Positions 48,020 to 60,297 of a stretch of DNA of 64,000 bases are shown piece after piece. Each line of letters starts with the position of its first letter. Position 1 is the stretch's first letter. Under the pieces are notes generated by a model. The model was given only the letters and a program-made list of their open reading frames with translations. It was not told where the DNA came from and made no database searches. Origin of the DNA: Hydrolagus colliei (taxonomy: Eukaryota). Position numbers and translations under genes: made by a program. Location: NCBI GenBank assembly GCA_035084275.1, contig CM068771.1, positions 3,038,001-3,102,000 of the forward strand. Direction: 5' to 3'.

Positions 48020-50760
48020 AGTTTGAGTATAACAGCAACAAAATTATACCTGTATTGGGCCTTTCACATCAGGAGGACATCTCAAGGCACTGGGCAGTCA
48101 CTGTGTCAGACCCAGCTGGGGATGGTGGGGGTGGTGAAGGGAAGTGGGGATTAAGGAGTTGCCGATGGGACCATCGATGGGGAGAGTCTTGAGGCAAGTC
48201 TTGAAGGATGCCAGGGATGGGGCGAGATGGAGGTACTGCAGGATGTACTTCCAGAGGTAGGAGGCAGAGTGGCTAAAGGCTCTCCCACCAATGGTGGGGC
48301 AGATGGGTGGGGGGATGTGGTGCAGGCCAGAGCCAGGGCAGGTTGGTAAGGGGTTAGAAGGTCACGGATGCAGGAGTGCGGGGGCGAGGCTGTGGAGGGA
48401 TTTATATATGAGGACCAGGATCTTGAATTGGATCCTTTGGATGATGGGGAATCAAAGGAGTCAGGCGTGGATGCTGGTGATAGGTTCACGGAGTTTCAAA
48501 AGCAGAGCATTTGCATAGTCAAGCTGGGATGTAATGAAGGCATGAATGAGTAGGTCAGAGTAGAAGGGGAGAAAATCTTCATGACAACCAAGGAGTACAG
48601 CTTCCAATGTCTCATAACAAGCTGACTGATCAACCACAATGGCAACAAAAAACTTGGATTCAGATAGCGTCATTCACATTGGTTAGCGTCCTGTAATGTT
48701 TGACAGTTAGACTCCAAGTGGAGTCCTGTAGCCCAGTGATTAGAGCACTTGCCTTACAAGTGAGAGATGTGGGGGTCAACCCCTGGAAGGGCAAATCGTT
48801 GGACAAGTTTCCTGCCCAAGGAAATAATAAATTGATAATTTGAATCCATGACTATTGATGGGACACCGCTGTGTGAAATTTCGCTGTTGCATTTCACTGA
48901 TGTATGTACAGTCAATTCACTTTACAGTATATTCTGTAAAGAGTTTTGAGATGTCTATAAGATGTGAAAAGCACTATATTGAGTGCAAACATGATTATTA
49001 TTATTATTAAGTCAGTGGAAGTGGAGTATTGATGGAGCTGTGGAGCCCAGCAAGAAGGTCATGTGAATTGTCCAACTGAGAAGTGACAAATGCGACGATG
49101 AGGGTTTTGACTGCTTTGGGTGTGAAGTATGTTTGGACGTGGGCAATGTGATGGATACCAAAGGGAATGGTCCTGTTCGGGGAATGGATCTAATCCAAAA
49201 CTGTTGACAATATTGGCGCAGATTCAGTGATTCTGAGGTTGAGTCCATTGAGGTAGAGTAGTTCCACAGGAAATAAGCCAACGAGTATGGCTTCTGTTTT
49301 GCCAACATTCAGCTGCAGGATGTTTGTCAAACAAGCTGACTGGAGATTAGAGAGTGGGAGTCACAGCAGGCTGTCGTCCACAAACATGTGGAAGTTATTA
49401 ATGTCTATTCCTGTAGCTCGGTGGTTAGAGGCACTAGCCTTACAAATGTGAGACCTGTGTTTCGAATCCAGGCATGGTGAAACACTGGGCAAGTTTCCTT
49501 ACTCTAAGTGACCAGATTTGAACACAGTACTCTCATTGAGGCCTAACCAAATTTTTATAGAGGTTAGTCTTAACATTTTGACTTTTGTACTCTATGCCCC
49601 TATTTATAAAGTCTAGTATCCCACATGCTTTTTTTTTAACAGCCTTGTCTACCTTTCCTGCAACCTTCAAAGATTCACTCACACAAACCCCGAGGTTTCT
49701 CTGTTGCTTCACACCCCTTAAAATTGTACCAACTAGGCTATATTGCCTCCCAAAATGCATCATCTCACATTTCTTTACATTAAATTTCATCTGCCATGTG
49801 TCTACCCATTTTACCATTCTGTCTATATCTTCTGGCAGATGGCTACTATCCTCCTCACAATTTACTATTGTTCCTAACTTTGTGTCATCTGCAAACTTGG
49901 AAATGGTATTCCCTATTCCCAAGTCCAAATACAAGGATGATTATTATTATTATCCTCATATCGGCAGATGATGTCACCGAGTGGAAGAATGTACATATTA
50001 AAAGCAAGGCCGAAGATGGAGCCTTGTAGTACCCCACAAATTACTAGGTGGGTGCTGGTGGAAAAACTATTTGCTGAGATGTATTGTTGAGTAGGAGTCA
50101 AGTGAAGTCCCACTAAGGTGGATGAGGGAGGAGAGACACTAGAAGAGGATGTAATAATAATGGTAATCCTCACATTTGATATAATGCTTTCCATGTCTTC
50201 TGGACAACTCAAAGTTTCATAGAATATATTGTAAAGTGAATTGACTTTACTTATTTTAAAAAGGCAAAATACTGCGTTTGTTGGAAATCTGAAAGAAAAA
50301 CAGAAGTCACTGGGAAAACTCAGCAAGTCAGGCAGTGTCTATGGAGAAGAAAAAGCGAGTCAGTATTTTGGGTCCTTGACCCTTCATCAGAAATTTATTT
50401 TTTTAGTTATTATGTGTGGGTAAAACACGGCAGTCAACTGTCCACATCAGCTTCCCCACAAACAGTCGTGCATTGAAGTGACCAATTTCTTGATTATTTT
50501 TCAAAGGATATTATTAGGTGTGTGTAGTAAGGCAACTTGCCTAAGGTTTCACCATGTGAACACAGGTCACACAGTTGTAAGGCTCTAAGCTGCACATCTC
50601 AGTCATCAACTGTGTGAAACTCAGTGGAGGTCACCAGGAGAATGAGGTGGTAGATTGAGCCCTGATCACAGACGACGGTGCAGAGTAAAAACCAGACATG
50701 AGTAGTTCAAGTAGGGAGTAGAGGAAGAAGTGTGAGCAAAATTGAAATGACAACATTCCA
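48020..50760 (-). mobile_element. Old L2 element fragmented by SINEs and by a CR1 fragment (about 49500-49935)
   Basis: Minus-strand remnants GVLQGSIFG..YILPLGDII, QLNVGKTEAIL and HAFITSQLDYANALL lie in the expected order. Confidence 0.65.
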
Positions 50761-50797
50761 AAACGTTCGCCAGGAAGACCACCACACATAGCATATT

Positions 50798-52228
50798 GAA
50801 AGAATGGTTGCCTCCCAGCTCCGCTCTTTCCTTTCAACTCACTCACTCCTTGAACCCCTCCAATCAGGTTTCCACCCAATTCACAGCACAGAAACTGCCC
50901 TGGTTAAGGTTACAAATGACATCCTAACAGCCTGTGACCAGGGTTCCCTCTGCCTCATCGTCCTCCTTGACCTGTCTGCTGCGATCGACACAGTCGATCA
51001 CACCATCCTCCTCCAACGTTTTTCATCCCACCTCTACCTTCAAGGCACAGTCCTTGACTGGTTCCATTCCTACCTGACCCACCGTTTACACTTTGTTTCT
51101 TCCAACGGTTTTTCCTCAAACCCCCGCAAAGTTTCTTACGGCGTCCCTCAGGGCTCTGTCCTAGGCCCCCTCCTTTTCACCCTTTACACGCTCCCTCTGG
51201 GCGATGTCATCCACAAACATGGGGTAGATTTCCACATGTATGCGGACGACACACAGCTGTACCTTTCTGCCTCATCCTTTAACCCCCAGAGCATCGATGT
51301 TCTGACAGCATGTCTGTCCGACATAGAGTCCTGGACGAGGGACAGCTTCCTGCAATTGAACGTGAGTAAGACCGAGGCCCTCCTGATCAGCTCAAGCCAG
51401 TGCCTCCGCACATCGGGCGCTGCCAGACTCAACATCCAAGGCTGCACTCTCCACCTCACAAAGCCAATCAGGAACCTCGGCATCATGTTCGATCAAAAAC
51501 TCTCCTTCCTCCCCCACATCCATGCCTTGACAGCTTATTTCCACCTGCACAACATTGCCAGGCTCCGCAACTATCTTACCCCCTGCGCTGCCGAAACACT
51601 TGTGCACACATACATCACCTCGAGGCTGGACTATGGAAACTCTCTCCTCGTCGGCCTCCCCAGTTCCTCCATTCACAGGCTGCAGATCATCCAAAACTCT
51701 GCAGCCCGTGTACTATCCCGCACCTGCCTCCGCAACCACATAACTCCCACCCTCGCCCATCTCCATTGGCTCCCCATTCTCCAGAGGATCAAATCCAAGA
51801 TCCTCGTCCTCACCTTCAAGGCCTTACAAGGCCTTGCCCTGCCCTATTTAACCGATCTAGTTTCCCCCTACAAGCCCACCCCGACCCTCCGTTCAACAGT
51901 ACTTGGCCTGCTCCAAGCCCTCCACCCAAACAGCCCCACCATCGGAGGCCGGGCCTTCAGTTTCTCCGCTCCCAACCTATCGAATACCATCGCCCAATCC
52001 CTCCATCTCGTTTCTTCCCTTTCATCTTTCAAGGCCAGTTTGAAGACTTTCCTCATTGACCGTGCCTTTTGTTCCACTCCGAACTTTGTGACCTCCCTTT
52101 CTTGTTTCACCCCTTCCCAAACACTCCCCTCCCAGCTCGGGTCACACGCCTCCTGTGCAGCGCCTTGGGACGTCCTCCCGACGTGAAAGGCGCTCTATAA
52201 ATGTAATTTGTTGTTGTTGTTATTATTA
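50798..52228 (+). mobile_element. 5'-truncated young L2 LINE with an open 460-codon RT frame
   Basis: QSGF...STETAL.KV.NDI, GVPQGSVLGPLLF, MYADDTQLY, TSRLDYGNSLL; ends in the L2 tail with (TTG)n. Confidence 0.95.
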
Positions 52229-53689
52229 CAGATGTTGTTAGATTATCAAGAGGTGAAACAGTACGTAACTAGATTTTTGAATTCATGTGTTTTTAAAATA
52301 AATATGCAATACTCTACCTCCCTGATATTGCAGCCCTTCAGCAATGAGTCAAGTGAGTCTACAGCTCTGTTGGACAATGCAGTTGACAGAACAGCCAGTC
52401 TGGCTCATTTCCAGGACTACAAAACACATTCAGGTGAGGAACTTGTACCTCCAATTTGCTCCAGTATACGTTGGAAGCAAAATATTTGACCGGCAGGAAA
52501 TTTCCAGCTGGATAACGTTCAAACATTACCAGGCAGTAGAGCTACATTCATATGTGTAACATTCAGTCTAGTTTGGGCAACTTAAAGCATGGCAATGGGC
52601 ATGAGATTTCAATGTGATGCATCTGATTAATATTAAGTTGCCTAATGAAACAAGAATGCAAGAAACATCCCCACTTGAGCTCAAATATAAATTTTGGATA
52701 AATTCCCATGGCTTACAGTTTCATAGCAGAAATTTCATGACTTGGTTGAAAGTCTTGTGGAAGTCTGTAAATCCCACTTAGTTAGGTTTCCCATTCGTTA
52801 CAAAATGAAATCCTTGTTTCCTCGTGGCCTGCAGAAGAAAATACATTCATGGGAGACAAAGAATATGGCTATCATTTTGCCTACATTCAGCTGCAGGAAA
52901 TTTTTACTCCTACGGGCCTTGATGTCTGGACAACAAGCTGACCAGACACCAGATCCCATGTGGCAGAGTTGAAGTACAGAGTTTCTGGAAGTAAAATGAA
53001 ATAATAATGTCACTTCAATCCATGGTTGTCTGGGGAACACTGCTGTGCACAATCAGCTGCCATAGTCATGCACAAAATACATGGTCAATTGCAGTAATAT
53101 TCTATGAAGTGATTTTAGGCATCTCAACGATGTGATAAGATGCTACAACAAAGGCAAGATTGATAATTAGAATTATTGTATTGGTCAAATTTAGGACCAC
53201 ACTATGTCATTACCCTGACATGGAATCTGGGACTGCAAAGGTGACCAGGAAGGAGGTGGAAGCTGAGATATTATGACATGTTTCAGAAACAACTTGATCA
53301 TGAGAAAGGCGAGAGAGAGAGCATTTGGATTCTGGAAGCACAAGGATCTGATTCAAACATGAAAGTATAAAAGAAAATTCACATTCCCTCTGAGGAAAGT
53401 GAGTCTGTGATCTTTCAGGCATTTGTCTCTTGGGAAAATTATCAGGGGCTTAGGAATATCCAAACCTAAAGGGTTCCACACATATTGATCACTAACACAA
53501 AGCAGTTCATTTCTATCTAGAGTGGGGTGCATACTCTCTTCCTTGAAACATTCGATTGCGTACCCATTTCTCTGCAGAGTATGATACACATTTTACCATG
53601 AGACAATGTTTAGGGATCCAATAATTTGAATTGGGTTGAGGTGGGGTGGAGTATGATAATTCCTGGAAAAAAACTGGTTGATATTGATA

Positions 53690-53903
53690 TTTCTCTGTCA
53701 CAGTTCCCACACAAATAGAATCGGCTTTAGTTTACAGGAATGAATGACTTAGTAGCTCTATGGACAATGAACAGTTTAGTCAATGAGATATACTGGTTGG
53801 TCTGTTGCCAGCTATGGATTGACTAACTTGGAGTCCACCACATCAGACAGCCATTTGTCGTCTGCACCTGACACTTTGCTTCGTTGTTATTGATAGTTCT
53901 GTC
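53690..53903 (+). pseudogene. GPCR2-type relic: intron end fused to a 63-nt TM3 fragment
   Basis: 53690-53840 matches 43355-43520; 53841-53903 (HQTAICRLHLTLCFVVIDSSV) matches 43800-43862. Confidence 0.8.
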
Positions 53904-54107
53904 AGTTTGAAAAACAACGCATTTTGTGGGGAATGGCGTGAAAGCAGCTGCCTCTACATGTTGTTTTCATGTGAGAAGGTGACTTCCTCCTTCTGCAATC
54001 TACGTCCCAGCGGACCTGAATCACAGCTACAAAAAGGAGTAGACGCAACGATGTAGTTGGGATGTAGATTTCAACCTTCAGCAGAAGGAAGCCAGCACTG
54101 CTTGAGA

Positions 54108-54171
54108 ATGGTGTGGTTGATAGAAATAGCAAAGGTGTTCTATCCTGTGCTGGGATTCATTGGTATTCCTG
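54108..54171 (+). CDS. GPCR3 exon 1 (MVWLIEIAKVFYPVLGFIGIP)
   Basis: 64 nt, G|GTAAGC donor, in phase with exon 2. Confidence 0.85.
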
Positions 54172-56542
54172 GTAAGCCATTCCAAATAACTCACACTCGG
54201 GCAAAGCTGGTTCTCACAGCTGTGACCGTGTACCTGGCAGTGATATATTTTTTACTGGTGGAGAGGAACCAGCCTGACAGAAGTTTTAGTCACACTAAAT
54301 TGCCTGAAATTAACTTACTGCATTTTTGTGGGGCAAATACAATAGTTCACGATAGTGTAACACAAACAGTCCTCAGTTTTGTGACCAAGTAATTTAATGG
54401 CTATTATTATTAATAATAATGTATTATTAAATATTTCCCTGTTATTTTTATTATTCATAATGGTTATTATTAATGTATTATTATATAATAATTATACTAT
54501 GTTATTATTAATAATGCTTGCTTTTGACATAGAAATACTAGGCATCTCAATGTCTTTCACAAAATATACCATAAAGTGAATTGACTTATGAATCATGAAT
54601 ACAATTATGGACATAGCACAGCAGCCAATTGTGCAAAACAGTGCCTCACAAAAAGTTGCAGATTGAACTGACCAATTTATTATTGTTTGCTACGAGGGAT
54701 CATTATCAGACAAGTGAAGCAAGGAAACTTCCCCAAGGTTTTGAGGGCAAGTTATCCACAGAAAAGCAATTTCCGAACAACCGTATTCCTACTTGCTGCT
54801 TGATAAACAGAGAATCGTGTGAAATTAGGAAATTTCATAACATCACACGCTGCTCAGGAATGAACCATAAATCCTCTCCATTGTGAGGCAAATGCTCCAA
54901 CCATTAAGCTACTTGATAACATGGTAGAATTTGTTGTTTGGGGCAGATAAGTCCAAAGGATAGAGAGGCAGAAGGAACACTGCTGACAGAGAGAGAACAT
55001 AGTTTGTGACATTGAGAAGCAGTGTCTGTGCTGTCGGCAGAGCATCAACGTGCCTGGGGTGTGGGTTAAAAATGGGAACATAACTTATGAGGTTGTAGGG
55101 GTCGAAATTGGGTTTTGAAGTGTTGGATGGAGTTTGAAGTTAGAGATGGAATAGATCATGGGATGGGTGATATTTGTTGGGAAACCTGTGTTCTAACAAG
55201 AGGCTTGAAAACCCAAGACCTAATGATCTCAGAGTGGATCAATGGGAGGTGTGTATCCTTGATAGCAGCATTTTTAGATGGAGTTGTCTATTTGGCTCAA
55301 AGATACTGCTACCTGTCAATCAGAAGAGTGTGGATTCACTTTGGATATTTCAACTCAAATTATCTTTTCTGATGCTGGGAGTTGGTGCAGATATGAGTGT
55401 GAGTTATTAATGCTTCAATATGACTGTATCACTGAAGTCTGTTGATCTGATTGTGTGCACAGTAATAATGTCAAAGATATTATTGGTAGTGTACTAGGTT
55501 TGTTGAGGAGGAGAGCAAAGTTGCAGGATGAGCTGACAGGAAATATTAGGTGAGTGGAGCTCCTTCATTTATGAATGGTTTTAGAGTATATCTATATAAA
55601 AATAATCATATTTCAAACTGTACAGTGTAGAATGTGTTGCATTTGCCATCAAAGTATAAGACATCAAATGAAGAACAATATTTTCAGAATGTGGCAAGAT
55701 GCAACTTCTCAGATTCGAAGGGCAAATTTGTAACATTAATGTTTCCGAGAGGATGTGATACATATCAATTTTTTTATTTTTTTTAAGTGTTTAGTGTTGA
55801 AAAACTAAAGTATAAATAATCTATGTCAGGATGCTGCTCTGGTAACAGTTTGACTCTGAGTCAGAAGGTTGTGGTTCCAAACCCACATCAAGACTTCGAA
55901 TCACATTGTCTGAGATGCAACTCCAAAGTAGGCAGTGGCGGTGGAAATTGTTGGACATTGAGTCATTCAGATGAGGGATTATACTAATGTCACGATCTGT
56001 ATCATAAGGTACAGTGCACCTAATAGCAGGATCTGCTATTGTGAAGCGCTCTGAGACGCCATGCGGCGTGGAGGGAGCTATATAAATTGAATTTGTTGTT
56101 GTTTTTGTTTACTGGCAAAGAAATCCTCCAAATAAAATTGATCACTCACTCCATGACTGCTTGTGGGACACTACCCTGAACCGTTGACTATCACATTTCA
56201 CCACCAAAATGCGCATATAAATTACATTACAGTATACCACGTGAACCAATTTGAGACATCTCAATGATGTAAACAGATGACGCAACAAAAGCAAGAATTA
56301 TTATTATTACTGGTTTCATGTAAACGGTTACATGGATTCCTGTTGCTCAATGGTTCATGCACACTCCTCACAACTGAGAGACATGAGTCGATTTCCAGCA
56401 AGAAAAATATTGGGAAGCTTACTTACTCCATATGCCTCTGTTTACCTAGCAGTCAGCAGGATTCTGGTTGTTTGGCTGGACCATGTTTCCAGAATGTAAT
56501 AATTCCTTCAAATGAAATAAAATGATGGTGTTTTTCCTGCAG

Positions 56543-57447
56543 TAATCTCACTGACCATTGTGGTCCTGGCCCAGGGAAAGTGTGGACTCTCCAAATGTGT
56601 CACCCGCTACCTGGTCGCAATGGCTGTTGCTGATCTGCTGGTCATGATTTTTGATGTGATCCTGTTGATGACACTTTTCTTCTGCTTTCCACACTCACCA
56701 ATACACCAAACACCCGTGTGCCGCCTGCACCTAGCAATTCGCTTTATTATCACTGAATCCTCTGTCTGGCTGACCATGGCCTTCACCTTCGACCGTTTCA
56801 TTGCCATCTGCTGCTCAAACCTCAAAACCACATACTGCACTGAGAGGACAGCGGGCCTGGTGATCTGGACAATCTGTGCAGGTTTGTGCTTGGAGAACAT
56901 CCCCCTGTATTTTATCTATGAACCACGGCTGGTAATCGATGGACAGCCCTGGTACTGCACCCACAAACCTATCGTTTACATCTCTCTTGCCTGGAGAACT
57001 TTTGCCTGGTTGGATGTTATTGTAAACCCACTGCTTCCCTTTATCCTCATCCTCCTGTTCAACACACTGACCATCAGGCATGTGCTGGTGGCCAGCAGGG
57101 TACGCCAGGGTCTGCGGGGGGCTGCGAAGGGGAGGGACGAGGAGATGGAGAGTCGGCGGAAATCCATAATCCTGCTGTTTACTATTTCGGGCAGCTTTGT
57201 GTTGCTGTGGCTCACCTACACGGTCACATTCATGTTTGCGATGGTCACAGAGTCAAAGTACCTAGAGTCTGACTACAGCAGCCCGTTCACCATCGCTGAG
57301 CATGTGGGTTACATGCTGCAGCGTCTGAGCTCCTGCTCCAACACCTTCATCTATGGTGTGACCCAGACCAAATTCAGGCAACAGCTCATATCCATCTTCA
57401 CTTACCCCATCACTCGCTTACTGGTCCATTCGCATAACCCCACTTAG
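56543..57447 (+). CDS. Orphan GPCR3 exon 2
   Basis: Intact ORF; 23 nucleotide differences from GPCR1 exon 2 by manual count. Confidence 0.92.
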
Positions 57448-60233
57448 ATTTGCTGGTCATTTCTGCCTGGTCAACACAGAAACATACATACACACATTTG
57501 CGCACACACACAAAGACACGGACACACATACATATGGGATCTTTGTGGAAAGGTCGTTCTGTAGTCAATACTTCTCTTCAATCTGTGTTTGGAATCTCAA
57601 TTGTGAAAAACAACTTTATGGCGCTAATATAGTTTATAGTATTTGCATTCCTTCTATTCTGTTGCCTCTGTCTGTCTTTATTGGTTTCCTCTTACCTCTG
57701 TGTAATCAGTTTGGATTATGTGGGAAAAGCTGATTTGTGGAAGAGTTTGTGAAAAAGACAGATCTTCAAACAGTTAAACACAAAGATTATAAATAAATGG
57801 ATATCCAATTATACTCCAGGTTTTACCTAACTTCACCCACCTCAAATCAATTCAAAATGTTGGATTGCTAAACATTGTCTCATGGTAAGATGTGCATTAT
57901 ACTCTGCAGAGAAATGGGTGAGCAATCAACCGTTTCATGGTAGAGTATGCCTCCATTCTAGATAGAATAAACTTCATTGTGTCAGTGATCAATATGTGTG
58001 GAACTCTTGAGGTTTGGGTATTCCTTAGCACCTGATAGTTTTCCCAACAAGCAAGTGGCTGACAGATCACAGACTCACTGTCATTTTAGACATTCATGTT
58101 TGAATCAGATCCTTGTGCTTCCAGAATCTAAACCCTGCATCTCTCCCTTCTCAGAAACATGCTATAACATCTCAACTTCCACCTTCCTTCCTGGTAACCC
58201 TTGTGGTCTCAGATATCACCTCAGTGTAATGACACAGTTTGGACTTGAATTTGACCAACATAATAATTGTAATGCTCAACCTTGCCTTTCATGTAGCATC
58301 TTATTACATCGTTGAGATGCTCAAAAGCACTTCATAGAATGTTACTGTAATTGACCATATATTTTGTGCATGTCTATGGCAGCCAATTGTGCAGAGCAGT
58401 GTTCCTCATACAATCATTGGATTGAAGTAACCTATTTATTATTATTTTATTTCATTTGATGGAATTATTACCTCTGGAAACATGATGCTGCAATTGCCTA
58501 ACTACCAGAATCGTACTGATTGCTAGGTAAACAGACGCATGTTGAGTAAGTAAGATTGCCCATCGTATTTCCAGCTGGAAATCTAATCCACATTGATCAT
58601 GCAAGGCATGTGCTCAGCACTGAACAACAGGACTCCACATAACCATTCAGATGAAAGCAATAATAATAATAATTCTTGAGTTTGTGGCGCCATCTACTCA
58701 CATTGTTGACATCTCTCAAAGTGATTCACAAGGGATACTGTAATGTAATTTGACTGCACATTTAGTGTGTTGAAATGTGGTAGACAGTGGTGCAAATTTG
58801 TGTCCCATAAACAGTCATGGAGTGAGTGACCAATGTTATTTGGGGGATTTGTTGGCCAGTACACCTCAAGATACAGATCATTAATTTACTTTAATATCTT
58901 GCCTGAAGGACAGAATATCCAACAATCTCCACACCCCACCAGCACTGCCTACACTGGAGTGACATCTCAGCCAACGAGATTCCAATTCTCGATGTGGGCT
59001 CGGAAACACAACCTTCAGAGTCAAACTGTTACCAGAGCAGCATCCTGACATAGATTATTGATAGTTTCATTTTTCAACACTAACTAAATTTTTTTTAGAA
59101 AATCATTCAATAAAGATCACATCCTCTCAGAAGCATTTAAGTTACAAACTTGCACTCCAAAGCTGAGAAGTTGCATCTTGCCATATTGTGAAAATATTGT
59201 TCTTCATTTAATGTCATATTCCATGATGGCATATGCAGGATATTCTACACTGTACAGTGTGAAAAATGTTTATTTTGCTATAGATATCCAATAAAAATTT
59301 GATAAATGAAGGAGGTCCACTGACACAATATTTCCTGTCAGCTAATCCTGCAAACTTGTTCTCCTCCTCAACACAACTAGTACACTACCAATATTATACT
59401 GATTGGCAAACTCACTGTATGTTTCAAGGTGTGCCTTCACACAATCACATCAATAGACTTCAGTTCTACAGTTATGTGGAAGCACTGACACTCACGCTCA
59501 CATCTGCAGCATTTCCCAGTGTCAGCAAAGATAATCAGAGTGGAAATATCCAAAGTTGGGTTTTCTCCCACATTTGCCTGATTGACAGGCGGGAATATGT
59601 CTGTAAGCCAAATAGAGACATCGATCGCAAAATGCTGCTACCACAGACACATACCTCCCTCAGATTATCCAATCTTGGGTTTTGAAGCCTCTTGTTTGAA
59701 CACAGGTTTCCCAACAAACAACCTTTCTACAGATGTCTTTCTCTTAACAAGGGACAAATATCATTTGCATATTAAGTTGAATGCTGCTGTCCTGGTTAGA
59801 CTGTCCTATTGTCATGTAACTCAGTGGTTGGAGCATTTGTCTTTCAAGTTAGAGATATGCATTTGATTCCCAGCAGGGAAAATCCTTTCATGAATTTTCT
59901 CACTCCACATGCCTGCCAGTAATTCCTGAAGAAAAAAAAGTTGGTCATTTTAATCCACAGCTGTTTGTGGGAAACCCAAATTGGATTAATTCAGCACACA
60001 ACAACCCTACACTACACTCGCTACAATAATCCTTGTTCCCCCACCACTATGGTTCATGGCGGGCTCCAATGTCTCTCTATCACATGAAAGGACAGAACTC
60101 ATGATGCTGATTCTCCAATACTGGTGATCAGGCTGGTTGCTCTCCTACAGTAAAAAAAGATATCACTGCCAGGCACATGGTTACAGCTGTGAGACACAGC
60201 TTTGCAGAGTGTGAGTTACTTGGAATGGCTTAC

Positions 60234-60297
60234 CAGGAATACCAATGAATCCCAGCAGAGGATAGAACACCTTTGTTACTTCTATCAACCCCACCAT
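60234..60297 (-). CDS. Orphaned GPCR exon 1 (MVGLIEVTKVFYPLLGFIGIP), probably the displaced first exon of GPCR2
   Basis: Intact ATG, frame and G|GTAAGC donor; its intron runs to 57804 and ends at GPCR3's 3' UTR with no exon 2. Confidence 0.75.

Noticed and set aside
50630-50830. Head-to-head L2 segments starting at about the same RT position, as a twin-priming inversion
   Set aside because: The two arms overlap in L2 coordinates and differ greatly in age, so independent insertions are more likely.
50804-52186. 460-aa RT ORF as a domesticated gene or an active element
   Set aside because: It lacks the endonuclease and 5' RT regions and ends in a standard L2 tail; it is simply a young 5'-truncated copy.
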